Under the pieces are notes generated by a model. The model was not told where the DNA came from and did not search any database. It saw only the letters and a list, made by a program, of their open reading frames with translations. DNA of 64,000 nt from Histomonas meleagridis 2922-C6/04-290x (lineage: Eukaryota > Protista > Parabasalia), in assembly GCA_020184695.1 (NCBI GenBank), contig JAANOX010000134.1:62001-126000 (forward strand), written 5' to 3'. Below are positions 22,657 to 34,205 of this stretch, in pieces (the stretch's first letter is position 1; every line of letters starts with the position of its first letter). Both the position numbers and the translations under genes were made by a program.

Positions 22657-22984
22657 TGAAAAGACAATTCTTCTTTCATTACGTAATGAAAGGAAATCTT
22701 AAATCTTTATCAATGCCTAAAAACGAATTGAAAAATAAGGCAATAATTACAAACCACTCATCTCGCACGATTGCGAAAGTTGCTTTGAGAACGGCAAATT
22801 TGAATAAGGGGTGATCAGCCTTAAAAAACGGTTTCAAATACGGTTGGTGAACAAAAATTGTGGTGTTACCAGAATGAAGCTGTTTAACATTCGTTCAAAA
22901 TTGAATTAAAAAATAATTCAATTTTTTGAGAAGTCTTTTCAAACTCTCTCAAATCCCTTCCTCACTTTTCATATAAGGAAATTT

Positions 22985-23605
22985 TTGATGGAAGGTCAAA
23001 TACCCTTTGAGCATAACAGTGAAATCGAGCTTATTGGTGAAGAGAAATACATATTCGAGGAGCTTAGGAGGAGGATACGAGAAGAAAAACAGACATTTTT
23101 GGAGAAAATATCCGAAATCAAAACATTCGTTCAAAATGGTGCTACAAATCAATGGAGAAGAGCACTCGCTTGTGGCATTTGTTGGGTACCATCAGGAATT
23201 GCTATTAATTCTCGAACCCTTTGTTCCTTCCTTAAAATGTCAAATTCTGATCTAAATAGGTCATTGAACAAGATTGGATATGTTCCGTCAGCCAAACCAC
23301 TTAATGAGTTATTTGAAGTGATTCCAGTATTGGAAGCAGATCAAAGTCAAGCTAGAGAATGGTCAATTAAAGCTTATTCTCCTGTAACACCACAGCCAAT
23401 ACTAGAAGAAGAGCTACACCATTCGAAATCATATACGTTTTCTTCTCCTAATATTGAAGAAACATCTTTGGTCGATCCAACATCCTTTTATTCTCCAAAA
23501 CAAATGATTCCCGCGTCAAGCTCAATAGACGTTTTGTCGTTCTTTGATGATCCATTTTGTTGTCTTCCGGTCTTCCTAGTTGAAGATATGCAAAAAGCTA
23601 ATTAA
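22985..23605 (+). CDS. Initiator-binding-domain (IBP39/IBD family) protein
   Basis: RALACGICWVPSGIAINSRTLCSFLKMSNSDLNRSLNKIGY matches the trichomonad IBD pattern. Confidence 0.75.
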   Translation: MMEGQIPFEHNSEIELIGEEKYIFEELRRRIREEKQTFLEKISEIKTFVQNGATNQWRRALACGICWVPSGIAINSRTLCSFLKMSNSDLNRSLNKIGYVPSAKPLNELFEVIPVLEADQSQAREWSIKAYSPVTPQPILEEELHHSKSYTFSSPNIEETSLVDPTSFYSPKQMIPASSSIDVLSFFDDPFCCLPVFLVEDMQKAN

Positions 23606-23846
23606 ACTTTACCATGTATTTTTAAATAAACAGATAAAAACTCGTTTGCTCGAAATAAATTTTTTACAAAACGTTAGTCTTATCCAATAAGATTTGAAGT
23701 ACCAATTTAACATTTAATATTTCAAGAGTTTTCATTTAATTCAACAAATTTACAATTTAAACCATACCAACACACAAATCATACAACTCATACCCATTTT
23801 ATTTTAGATTAGTTTCTCCAAGAAAATTTTCCAAAAGTGCAAAATT

Positions 23847-23866
23847 AACGGTTATGGTCAGCCTTT
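23847..23866 (+). promoter_or_regulatory. M3 (AACGGTTA) + M5 (CCTTT) core promoter of RPS13
   Basis: AACGGTTA 23847-23854, CCTTT 23862-23866, ATG 23873; same arrangement before RPS7. Confidence 0.7.
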
Positions 23867-23872
23867 CGAACA

Positions 23873-24328
23873 ATGGGTCGTCTCCATTCCCCAGGCAAAG
23901 GTATTTCAGGTTCAACCATCCCATACCGCAGAACAGCTCCACACTGGCTTCAACTTTCAGGCGAAAATGTTGTCCAACTCATTTGTGATTATGCCAAGAA
24001 AGGAATCAGACCATCACAAATTGGTGAAAAGCTTCGTGATAGCCACGGAGTTGGTCAAGTTCGCGCAGTTACCGGTAACAAGGTTCTCCGTATTTTAAAG
24101 GCCAACGGCTTAGCACCAGCTCTTCCAGAAGAATTATATTATTTAATTAAGAAGGCAGTCAATGTCCGCAAGCACCTCGAAAGGTCTAGCCATGATATTG
24201 ATGGAAAGTATCGACTTATCCTTATCGAATCTCGTATCCATCGTCTTGCTCGTTATTACAAGGCAAGGCGTATCATTGCACCAAACTGGAAGTACAACGC
24301 CCAAACAGCATCTGCTCTTACTGCTTAA
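23873..24328 (+). CDS. RPS13: 40S ribosomal protein S13 (uS15)
   Basis: [14 protein letters not shown]...[16 protein letters not shown]...NWKY. Confidence 0.97.
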   Translation: MGRLHSPGKGISGSTIPYRRTAPHWLQLSGENVVQLICDYAKKGIRPSQIGEKLRDSHGVGQVRAVTGNKVLRILKANGLAPALPEELYYLIKKAVNVRKHLERSSHDIDGKYRLILIESRIHRLARYYKARRIIAPNWKYNAQTASALTA

Positions 24329-24551
24329 ACATTAAACTTTGATCCAAAAAATTTTCATATCTTCATATTTTATGATAGAGCTTTTCTTTTGGTTACAAAA
24401 ACAATTATTTTTTAGCAATTCTTCGTCGACACGGTGTGGATACACCTTAATGCAAGATCTTGCATCAGATAGAAGACATTTTTATTTTCTCACAAAAATT
24501 GTTGACAAAAGTAGGATTTTAAACGGTTTTTCTCTTGACCACAAGATTTTG

Positions 24552-25874
24552 ATGAAAGAAAATAATGATGGACACTCTTTTATAGAATTCAAACTTGCCC
24601 GTCCAATTATTCGTGCAATAAATGAAATGGGTTATGTGAATCCAACGCCTGTTCAATTAAAATCCATTAAACCAATTCTTGAGGGACATGATGTTTGTGC
24701 TACTGCCATCACAGGATCTGGTAAATCAGCGGCATTTTTAATTCCAATTATTCACATGCTTATTCCATACCGAGGATTACCTGGACCAAAAGCATTAATT
24801 ATGTCACCCACTCGTGAACTTACAATTCAACTTCACAAAGTTTTCGAACAAATTTCTAAATATTCCAGAGTCACAGGAGCACTTGTTGTTGGTGGTGTTT
24901 CAGCAGAAGAACAAGCAAGGCGTTTAGATCCAATTCCAGATATCATTTTTGCTACACCTGGACGTATAGTTGATCAACTTTTTAACGACAACATAATTAC
25001 AGCCAATCATATTAAGTATTATGTTCTTGATGAAGCAGATAGACTTCTTGGACGAGGATTCGAAGCAGAACTAACTGCAATCAATTCCAAACTTCCAGAA
25101 GAACATCAAACACTTCTTTTTACTGCTACACTCTCAGATCAAGTTAACAAGCTGATCAACAAAGTCCAAAAGAACACACTCAAAATAACCGTTGACTACT
25201 TTATGGAGGTTTCACCCACCCTAACTCAGCAATTTGTCAAAGTTAAAAGCTTTGAAAAACGAATGCCAGCTTTGGTTGCGTTATGTAAAAACAAATGCCA
25301 AAGAAAAACACTTGTTTTTCTTCCAACAAAGCAGTTAGCGCATTATGCCTGCTTGCTATTTAATTATGCAGGTCTGAAAGCAGCAGAACTTCATGCAGAT
25401 CTTCCACAACCAGATCGTCTACAATCAGTTCAAGACTTTACAGAAAATAAGGTACGGATTCTTCTTGCATCAGATCTTGCAGCACGTGGTTTAGATATTT
25501 CAGACATAGAATATGTTATTAATTTTACAATACCAAATGAAATAGAAAGATATATTCATAGAGTTGGTAGAACAGCAAGAGCTGGAAAGCCTGGTACTGC
25601 TATATCTCTTATTGGAGAAGCACATGAAAAACAGATAAAGAGAAAAATTGAAAAGAAACAACCAAACCAATGCGAAGAATTAAAGATTCCACGGAACCTC
25701 ATGGATGAGGCAACGGAAATAATACAGAAATTTGATGATATGATTAAAAAGGATATGGAAAAAGAACAAGAAGAAAAAGCAAGAAGAAGAGAAGAAATGG
25801 AAACAAAAAGAATGAAACAACTCCTTGATATAGAAGAAGAAATTCCTGCTAAGCTCCCAGATGAATCTGATTAA
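24552..25874 (+). CDS. DEAD-box RNA helicase, DRS1/DDX27-like
   Basis: Q-motif FIEFKLARP..GYVNPTPVQ, TGSGKS, PTREL, DEAD, ARGLD, YIHRVGRTARAG. Confidence 0.85.
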   Translation: MKENNDGHSFIEFKLARPIIRAINEMGYVNPTPVQLKSIKPILEGHDVCATAITGSGKSAAFLIPIIHMLIPYRGLPGPKALIMSPTRELTIQLHKVFEQISKYSRVTGALVVGGVSAEEQARRLDPIPDIIFATPGRIVDQLFNDNIITANHIKYYVLDEADRLLGRGFEAELTAINSKLPEEHQTLLFTATLSDQVNKLINKVQKNTLKITVDYFMEVSPTLTQQFVKVKSFEKRMPALVALCKNKCQRKTLVFLPTKQLAHYACLLFNYAGLKAAELHADLPQPDRLQSVQDFTENKVRILLASDLAARGLDISDIEYVINFTIPNEIERYIHRVGRTARAGKPGTAISLIGEAHEKQIKRKIEKKQPNQCEELKIPRNLMDEATEIIQKFDDMIKKDMEKEQEEKARRREEMETKRMKQLLDIEEEIPAKLPDESD

Positions 25875-25969
25875 AATATAAATATTTTTTTTTCTAATTT
25901 TTCGTGCAAAAAATGTTCAAAAAAAACGAAACGGCCGGCACTTTTTCGAAAAGTGACACATAGGTCAAA

Positions 25970-28900
25970 ATGTCTCATTCAGCTCATTCGCCTTCTTCTT
26001 TCATTTATGGATCCCAATACATCAACAAAATCATCAAAGCTGATTTTAATCGTTTGAGCCCAACAATTTTATCAGAACAAATAATTTCCGTTATTCAAAA
26101 CACAGATATGAATGTTTTGTGTTATTCATTAAATACATTTTTCGAAATGATCGGAGAAAATCCCTCGAACCAAAAAATGCAAATCATTAAACAATGTTTA
26201 AAGATAATTATTCAAAAATTTCAAGATCATCCTCATTTCAAACAACTAATGATAAAATTCTTTGATTCATTTTCTACCTATCCTAGTGAAATCATAAAAC
26301 AATTAACAGATGAAACAGGATTTATCCTTTCAGTTTATGGATGTTTTTCAGTTCATTCAGAAGTAGCAATTTCATTTTTCGAGAACACAATTTTACCAGA
26401 ATATCTTAAAACGCAGAATTTCTTTTTAAATGATGAGTTAATATATAATATTTGTAGTATCACCAAAAAGTTTTCTTTCACACAATTAAACAAAGATAAG
26501 TTATCAGCTCGTTCATTCTTACCATATCTATCTGTTTACGCACCCATTCCATTGATCCAAAAAGAAATTTTTTCACCGCCCAAAATAAACGTTCCCCTTA
26601 TCAAAGTGATGTCAGAAACCGACACGTCATTTTTGGTATCACTCACTAAACTCCGGCAACTCTTTAATTTCTATCCCGATTTTAATGAAAGCCATGCAGC
26701 GTCATTTGTGTTATCCATATCTATACCTGGAAGTAACATAAAACAATATTTTGATAAACTTGAAGTCCATCAACGAAATAATATATTTAATATATATAAA
26801 GAAATATTTATTGAAAAGAAAATTAACTTTACGAAAATGGTTGAATTTTTTGATATACCAAAATTTCAGCCATTACCAACAGATTCGATACATTTAATAT
26901 TTTCATGTTTAAGTTGTTTTTTTGATCGCCAATTAATACCATCTGAAATCTTCATACGAAAATGGGAAAATGAAACATTACAATTTTCATTTTTAAGTTC
27001 ATTTACACAGATTAACATTATGAATTTAGATTTCTCTAAAGGAACTAATTTAATAAATCTTCATCAATTAGAATTACAATCGAATATATTTTCGCAAATT
27101 AATAAGAGTTGGTTATCATATGACTTTGCAGAACGATTTATTTCATTAATAAAAAATGATATTACATCATTAGAAACATATTTAAATGGACTCGAAAGTA
27201 AATATCCGGCATTATTAATTACATTATTAGGACAACAAAACATAGAAAAGACAAATGAAATTAAATTAATTTCATTAAATCCATTTCTAAAAGTATTACA
27301 AAATTCGTCGCAAAATGTAATAAATTTTTTATGGAAAAATTCACAATCATTTATTGAAATGTTAATTTTAAATTTATATAATAAAAACCAAAGTAAAATC
27401 GAGTTAATATATGAAATATTTAATGATAAATTAAAGTCATTATTGTTTTTGCCTGATATAAACTTTGTAACTGATTTAGCATTTTTATCTGATTTCCATT
27501 ATAAATATAAAATTAAAGATTTCATTATTAATTATGTTAATAAATATTCTATAAACTCTATAATAAAAATAATGGAATTCATAAAAAATCGAATTTTGGA
27601 AACAATTCCTTCAACTTTACAATTACAAAACGATGTGTTAAATTCATTGTTCGAATACTTATCAAATAATTTCGAGAATTATCCATCAGATGTGAAAATA
27701 TCAATACAAAGAACTTATAGAGCATGTAAATCAATTCGATCTGAAATAAAAAGTTTTTCATTTGTACAAAAATTATCAGAAGAAAAAATTAATGAAATGA
27801 AAAATGAATCGAAATCGATTTTCTCGAAGTTATTTTTAGATGAAATAACTAATAAAGAGTTTATAAATATATTACAAGAATATAAAACAACTGATCCTTA
27901 TTTGTTTTCATATATTATACATTATTTAATAGAAGAATTTAATTATATTGAAAAACATGTAACTTCTGATATACAAAAATTATCGATTTTAATTGGTAAT
28001 TTAATTATAAATCATTTATTAAAATCAAAACAAATCGATTTTATATTTAATTATATAAAAAATTCATTAAATAATTCAACAAATTCTGAAATAATTTTAT
28101 TCGTAACAAATATAATACAAGAATTAATACCAAAACTACATCAATATCCTCATTTTGTATTTGATTTAATACATGAAACTAAATTACGACAAATAAATTT
28201 AAAATTATTTGATAAAGTACAAAAAGTGAGTCAAATTTTGAATAAACCTATCAAATCGAACAAAGCAAATGTATTAAAAGTTAATCCAATACTTAAACGA
28301 TTCCAAACATTAAATTCACCGCCACCAAAAATCTGTAAAATTATACAAGAAATTAAGAATGATTATACACAATTATCCACGATATTAATTACATTTCCTA
28401 CATATCATGATTATATAGCTAATTATATCATAAATTTAATACAAGATATTCCACAATTTCTTAAATATATTATACGACCAATCTTAAGCTCTGGTAAATT
28501 CATTAATAATATATTTCAAGCTGCTTCATTTCAAGTATATCAACATATTCAATCGAAAGACTTTGATCAATATGAAGGAAGTTTTATTCATCGAAAGTTA
28601 TTAATATTAGGACAATTAATTGGAAACATTACATTAGCAATTAATCGACCGATATTATCCAAATATTTAGACTTAAAGCAAATACTTTTACATGGTATAT
28701 TACAAGGCAAATTATATGGAATTGTACCATTTATTTGTGTTATATTTAACTTAAGTTCAACATATTTCTTACCTCCAAATCCTTATACATCATCAATATT
28801 ATATATTTTAGCATCAATTTATATTACTGATGGAATTAAGATGTTAATTAAGAATCATATTTTAAGTTTATTTGATCGAATGCATGTAACTATAAATGAC

Positions 28901-31711
28901 TTTAATTCTATACCATTATTATATCCTGATAAAATTATTAATAATTTCGATTATATATTACCATATTTTTCATTACAAAGTTTTGTTTCTACTATTAATG
29001 ATATTGAATTATTAATTAATTTCGATGAGAATTTTTTATATCAATTTATATCGAAATATTTAATATTACCCGATATAAAACTATTTAATAATAATAATGA
29101 ATTAAAAGAGAAAATTAAAAAATTATTAATACAAAAAATTATAAATTTAATACGTTCTGAAGGTATTAAACTTTCAAATATTGCTTCATCTACAGCTACT
29201 ACATTAATATTAAAAGATTTTATATTATATCCTGAAACAGATATTAATTATATTATGGAAATGGCATTAACATTAACAAATCAATTATCATCTGGTTTAA
29301 CGATATTTACTTCACCGATTGAAATCTCAAGACATTTCTTAAGTATATTAAAACTAAACATTGAAGGAGTTACACATAAATTAATCGAAAACATTGTCGA
29401 AATTAATTATTCATGGATTGAACAATTTTTACGAGATATAATTAAAATCCTTTCATGGAAGAATGTACAAAAATCAATTGAACAACCGAATGAAACACGA
29501 AAGAAAATGAACATTAATGTAACAATAATAAATCATCATAGTTATCAATTAAAACAAGAGTTTTATTATCAAATGTTACAAATATATAATGATTTAATTG
29601 GTATTAATTTAACTATTCAACCTTATCCTAAAACAGAGCCGAATCAAGATAAACAAATTTTATCGGATCAAGAATTCGATCATTACTTACAACAATTATT
29701 TAAATTATTTTCAAGTAATACAAATAATGAAAAGAATGTAATCGAATTACCAAATGAAATAGTTGTTGATAATTTCCTTAATCAAATTCCCGACTTTAAT
29801 AATAAGTCAATTACATTTGAACGATTTTTAAGTATATTAAAAACATTTTATAAGTCATTAACAAAAGGTTTACCTATAGTATTTGAAGAAATCATTTGTA
29901 AATTCTTATATAAAATTATAAAATCAATACCTAATTCTTATATAATTAAATCACAAAATTATACAATTTCGTGGATTAAAACTATAATTCGATCGACTTT
30001 TATCATTAATAAGTTTTTAAATTTCGGATTAATAAATATAAATAAATTAAATATTTTGTTCTCCGAATTATTAAACGCTGATCCATTTAACTTTAAAAAC
30101 GTTTGTTTCATAATTAATACGATACATATATTGTTGGAAAAAAATGATAAAGTTCATCCTGAAAATGTTTTTTCGACTTTAGAAGGATTAAATTCTTGTA
30201 AGCAAAGATTTCTAAAAGAAAATTATCCAAATCAATTAAACCAATTAAACCAAAATAATCAAGTATATAATTACTTTAAGGACTTAATAGATTTATATAA
30301 TAATATAGAAACACCTTCAAATCAATTATTTAACTCTACAAAACTTCAAAACATTTCAACGTTTGATCCAATTGAAGAAATTTCAATGGATTTGAATGAA
30401 ATTGAAAGCGGCTTACAAAGTTTCAAAAACTTATTGAATTCTTCTCAAATCAATGAAATTGAATTATCAGAAATCATATCAAAGTGTATTCAAAAAGGGA
30501 AGAACTTTTTCATATATTTATTTTTTACACAGAACGAAAAAATAATTTATCAATTTATTCAATGTTTAAATCAAGTTGAGAAAATGAATCACAATATTAT
30601 TAGTAATATATTAGATTCCTTATTGTATATTATTAAAGGTAATTCTAATGTTATTGGATATGATATGCGTAAATATTATTTTATATTACGATTAATATTA
30701 ACATTTTGTTTAGAAGATAATGAAATATTACAAACATATACAATCATTTTACATCAATTACGGCCATTAATTATTCCAACATTTACATTTTCATGGATTG
30801 AGTTAATCACAGATAAATATTTTGTTTATAAAATGTTACAAAATCGAAATTTATGGATTTCGTACAGTATAATATTCATTGATTACATTGTAATATTAAC
30901 GCGTATTGATGATACTATATCGAAAGATACATTTACACAAATATATAATTCATTTCTAAGGTTTTTATTAATATTAATTCATGACTTTAAAGATTTCATA
31001 TATTATATCTCGCAAATGATGTTAACAATAATTCCATTTCATTATATTCAAATACGAAATATAATTTTAAGTATTAATCCAACGAACAATGAAAATGTTA
31101 TATATAATTCGAATGAAGAAATCATTAAATATATTCCAAAAGATTTCATTAATAATGTCACTAATTTATTGGAATCAAATCAAATTAATAAAACGGAATT
31201 AAATAATTTAATTAATAAAATCGAAAATTTCGAAGAAGAAAATTCGTTTTATATCAAAAAATATTTCATTAATCAAATTACAAATTCAATTCCTTCTTTA
31301 AAACAAAGTAATTCAGTAGAAGATACAAATACTTTTAATATATTATTAAATATATTCCAAATTGCTTCAACCGAATTCTCTTTAATGATTATTAATCTTT
31401 TGTTCGATCGACTTAAAAACGATTGTAAAGAAACAAATGCATTCATTCGACTTTTGTTTGCTTTATTCAAAAGTGACGCGGCAGAGAATAAAAATAAAAA
31501 TTATTACATCTCCGAAATGATCTTGAAGGTTTTGTTCGAAAGAGCTTCAACTCCTCCACCACACCCATTCGGACTTGTTGCGGTGATAAAATTGTTGGTG
31601 ACAGATACCGATAAACAAAATAATATTTGGTCATTGCCTTTCGTGAAAAATAATGAAGAAATATCAAATTATATAAATGCCCTAAAAATAACATTTGTGA
31701 ATAAGAAGTAA
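25970..31711 (+). CDS. NOT1: CCR4-NOT complex subunit 1 (NOT1)
   Basis: 1913 aa; HRKLLILGQLIGNITLAINRPI, PPNPYT, FTFSWIELI, C-terminal PPPHPFGL. Confidence 0.8.
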   Translation: MSHSAHSPSSFIYGSQYINKIIKADFNRLSPTILSEQIISVIQNTDMNVLCYSLNTFFEMIGENPSNQKMQIIKQCLKIIIQKFQDHPHFKQLMIKFFDSFSTYPSEIIKQLTDETGFILSVYGCFSVHSEVAISFFENTILPEYLKTQNFFLNDELIYNICSITKKFSFTQLNKDKLSARSFLPYLSVYAPIPLIQKEIFSPPKINVPLIKVMSETDTSFLVSLTKLRQLFNFYPDFNESHAASFVLSISIPGSNIKQYFDKLEVHQRNNIFNIYKEIFIEKKINFTKMVEFFDIPKFQPLPTDSIHLIFSCLSCFFDRQLIPSEIFIRKWENETLQFSFLSSFTQINIMNLDFSKGTNLINLHQLELQSNIFSQINKSWLSYDFAERFISLIKNDITSLETYLNGLESKYPALLITLLGQQNIEKTNEIKLISLNPFLKVLQNSSQNVINFLWKNSQSFIEMLILNLYNKNQSKIELIYEIFNDKLKSLLFLPDINFVTDLAFLSDFHYKYKIKDFIINYVNKYSINSIIKIMEFIKNRILETIPSTLQLQNDVLNSLFEYLSNNFENYPSDVKISIQRTYRACKSIRSEIKSFSFVQKLSEEKINEMKNESKSIFSKLFLDEITNKEFINILQEYKTTDPYLFSYIIHYLIEEFNYIEKHVTSDIQKLSILIGNLIINHLLKSKQIDFIFNYIKNSLNNSTNSEIILFVTNIIQELIPKLHQYPHFVFDLIHETKLRQINLKLFDKVQKVSQILNKPIKSNKANVLKVNPILKRFQTLNSPPPKICKIIQEIKNDYTQLSTILITFPTYHDYIANYIINLIQDIPQFLKYIIRPILSSGKFINNIFQAASFQVYQHIQSKDFDQYEGSFIHRKLLILGQLIGNITLAINRPILSKYLDLKQILLHGILQGKLYGIVPFICVIFNLSSTYFLPPNPYTSSILYILASIYITDGIKMLIKNHILSLFDRMHVTINDFNSIPLLYPDKIINNFDYILPYFSLQSFVSTINDIELLINFDENFLYQFISKYLILPDIKLFNNNNELKEKIKKLLIQKIINLIRSEGIKLSNIASSTATTLILKDFILYPETDINYIMEMALTLTNQLSSGLTIFTSPIEISRHFLSILKLNIEGVTHKLIENIVEINYSWIEQFLRDIIKILSWKNVQKSIEQPNETRKKMNINVTIINHHSYQLKQEFYYQMLQIYNDLIGINLTIQPYPKTEPNQDKQILSDQEFDHYLQQLFKLFSSNTNNEKNVIELPNEIVVDNFLNQIPDFNNKSITFERFLSILKTFYKSLTKGLPIVFEEIICKFLYKIIKSIPNSYIIKSQNYTISWIKTIIRSTFIINKFLNFGLININKLNILFSELLNADPFNFKNVCFIINTIHILLEKNDKVHPENVFSTLEGLNSCKQRFLKENYPNQLNQLNQNNQVYNYFKDLIDLYNNIETPSNQLFNSTKLQNISTFDPIEEISMDLNEIESGLQSFKNLLNSSQINEIELSEIISKCIQKGKNFFIYLFFTQNEKIIYQFIQCLNQVEKMNHNIISNILDSLLYIIKGNSNVIGYDMRKYYFILRLILTFCLEDNEILQTYTIILHQLRPLIIPTFTFSWIELITDKYFVYKMLQNRNLWISYSIIFIDYIVILTRIDDTISKDTFTQIYNSFLRFLLILIHDFKDFIYYISQMMLTIIPFHYIQIRNIILSINPTNNENVIYNSNEEIIKYIPKDFINNVTNLLESNQINKTELNNLINKIENFEEENSFYIKKYFINQITNSIPSLKQSNSVEDTNTFNILLNIFQIASTEFSLMIINLLFDRLKNDCKETNAFIRLLFALFKSDAAENKNKNYYISEMILKVLFERASTPPPHPFGLVAVIKLLVTDTDKQNNIWSLPFVKNNEEISNYINALKITFVNKK

Positions 31712-32027
31712 AGAATCAATAAAACGAAATAATTTTTTTTCATAATCAACAATTATAATATCTTTGAGAAATAAAACATATGTTAACATTATAAAATTCG
31801 GGACTTATTTTTTTCCTTAAATATTTATACAGTGGCAATAAATGGATGATACATTATATTTTTATATCAAATATTTTTGTTAAATGAAAATTCCAATCAA
31901 TCCAATAATTTTTTTCTACAACAAATTTATTTGATTATAATCAAAACTTTCTCCATTTTAAACTAAAAAATATACTGAAAAATTTTAGAAATTGCTTTAT
32001 TAAAAACAAACATGACACACATTAAAA

Positions 32028-33113
32028 TCAATTTATTAATTTCTTTGATTTTTTTCTTTTGAGGTAAACATGCTTTTTTCTTTTTATATTCTTCTTTTTC
32101 TTTTTTGGTTTCACATTTTCTTCCAATTTTGAACTTAAAAATTCAAGAGCACGACAATATTCACAAAGCTCTTGCGCCCTATCACCAATTGCAATAATGT
32201 CGTTTGTTATGAATGCATAATTCCTTTGCTGTAACAAATAAAAGAGTTTTTCTCTTAATTTTTGATTTTCTTTTATAAGGTCTTTTTCACTGATATTTTG
32301 TAGCTGTGATAAGCTATCGCTTTCAATTATTGGATCAAAAATTCTGATTTTTGGGGAATTGACATCATTTGGTTGAATTTCTAAATTTCCTCTAAGGTCG
32401 AGTATAAGAGCTGGGGACTCATCAAGAGGAGTTTCTATAGCATTAACAAATTTATTGGTGAAATTGTTATCTCGAAAATCAAAAGAAGCCAAACAAATAA
32501 TTCCAATACTTTGATCCTTTGCTTCTGCAATTTTTTGTATTTTTGTATGACAGGAGAGAAGAGAAATGAAATCCGGAATAATAGCATCGGTAAGTCCACA
32601 ATTTCTACATTTTAACTTTATGATTCCGCGTTTGTGGAGAGAACGGGATAGCCTCTTGAAGCCAGTGTCATAAAGCTTGATTCCACTAAAGCATAAAACA
32701 CGAAGAGACTTGCAAAGTTCCATTGATTGACAAAAAACATCAATTTCAGGAGAAAATATTGGAATTGAACAAAATTTAAGTTTCTTAAGGCACTCTGTTT
32801 TAGGAAGTATTCTTGATAAAAGACCTATTAAATCTGGAACAATACGCACTAAGGTTTGATATGAATTTGGATCATTTCCTGTTGGCGTTAAAATTTTTGG
32901 CTTCGGATTTTTATTTTCCTTTTCTGAAAATCCATTTTTCTCAAATAAGTCTCTGTTAAATTCAAGACCTTTTATTAGATTTCCATATTGATAAAGTGAA
33001 TTTAAGAATATTTGAAACTTATCAACTTCAACAGCAGATAAATCAAACGAAAGGGAGTTCTTTTTGTATATTCCAAGGTTTTCTAATTCTTTCCATGAAT
33101 AAATTTTTTTCAT
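32028..33113 (-). CDS. RNI-like LRR protein, possibly CEP78-like
   Basis: LRR elements LKFCSIP, LCFSGIKL, FDFRDNNFT, LDLRGN; C-terminal coiled coil and basic tail. Confidence 0.55.
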   Translation of the reverse strand: MKKIYSWKELENLGIYKKNSLSFDLSAVEVDKFQIFLNSLYQYGNLIKGLEFNRDLFEKNGFSEKENKNPKPKILTPTGNDPNSYQTLVRIVPDLIGLLSRILPKTECLKKLKFCSIPIFSPEIDVFCQSMELCKSLRVLCFSGIKLYDTGFKRLSRSLHKRGIIKLKCRNCGLTDAIIPDFISLLSCHTKIQKIAEAKDQSIGIICLASFDFRDNNFTNKFVNAIETPLDESPALILDLRGNLEIQPNDVNSPKIRIFDPIIESDSLSQLQNISEKDLIKENQKLREKLFYLLQQRNYAFITNDIIAIGDRAQELCEYCRALEFLSSKLEENVKPKKKKKNIKRKKHVYLKRKKSKKLIN

Positions 33114-33541
33114 TTTTTAACATTAACGTACAGATTTGTACGTTAATTTCTCTGTACACACAATGTTAATGAAAAATTTTTCACTTTTAGTTCAAAAATT
33201 CTTGAAGCTTTAGCCGAAATTTATGGTCTAGCTAAATATTTTTTAGTTATCTTTTGTGATGATAAATTAAAATTTGTAAATCTAACCATATAAGATAAAG
33301 ATTTACTTGGATTTTCTTTACACAAAACTAATATCACATAAGTTTTCCATTGTTTTTAATTATAGTTTCGATATGATCGTGAGAAACCTGGAGAAAAAAA
33401 GCGAAAATGAGTTTTCTCAATTTCCGAGAAACGTTTTATTTCATTCAAAAGGAAGCACAGATCACATTGAAATTTGGCGGCGGTTGTGGCGGTGACGAAA
33501 TAAACATCATAAAAAAAATTCAATACTTTTAGCATTTGGCA

Positions 33542-33997
33542 ATGTCTACGTTCGCGGAAAGAAGGGCGCTCCTTGCTCGTACCTTCCAAACTCCTGGACC
33601 TCCACCACCAAGCACCGGTGGTGGCCCTCCTCCAGTTGCTCTCTTTGTACCGGGAATGCCAATGCCAGGATCAATGCCTGCTAACGACGAAGATGAAGGA
33701 GATCCAATGCAATGCAGAAGACCACCTCCAAAACCAGTAGCACCAACTTACACCTTTCCTGAGGCACCAAGGCCACCACCACCATTCAAAAAAGCAAAGA
33801 GAGAATATCCATCGAAAGCTAGAACAGGTACAGAAGGATGCAACGACTTCCATTCTTTTATTATGGATAGTGCTCCAGCTCCTCCTGCCAAAGCAGAGAA
33901 AGCACCAAAGGCTGATTCATCAGGTGGAGGCGCTCCTCCTCCTCCACCACCTCCACCGCCACCTCCTCCCCCAACACTGCAAAAGTATCGCGAGTGA
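33542..33997 (+). CDS. Proline-rich hypothetical protein with C-terminal polyproline
   Basis: ATG 33542; GC-rich coding-like sequence; long C-terminal Pro run. Confidence 0.6.
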   Translation: MSTFAERRALLARTFQTPGPPPPSTGGGPPPVALFVPGMPMPGSMPANDEDEGDPMQCRRPPPKPVAPTYTFPEAPRPPPPFKKAKREYPSKARTGTEGCNDFHSFIMDSAPAPPAKAEKAPKADSSGGGAPPPPPPPPPPPPPTLQKYRE

Positions 33998-34205
33998 TAA
34001 ATAGTACCATCGATTATAATTTATCGTTATTTTTCTTTTACTATGCTCATGAGTCAGTATTAAAATGTGTATTATGTGTTTATAATGAGAGTTTCATTGA
34101 ATTTGAAATTTATGACAAATTATTTGATGACAATTTATCCTCAAAGAAAAAAAAAATTATGAAAGTGTGCGCTTTAATAGTTATATTTCAGTAACAATTC
34201 TTATT

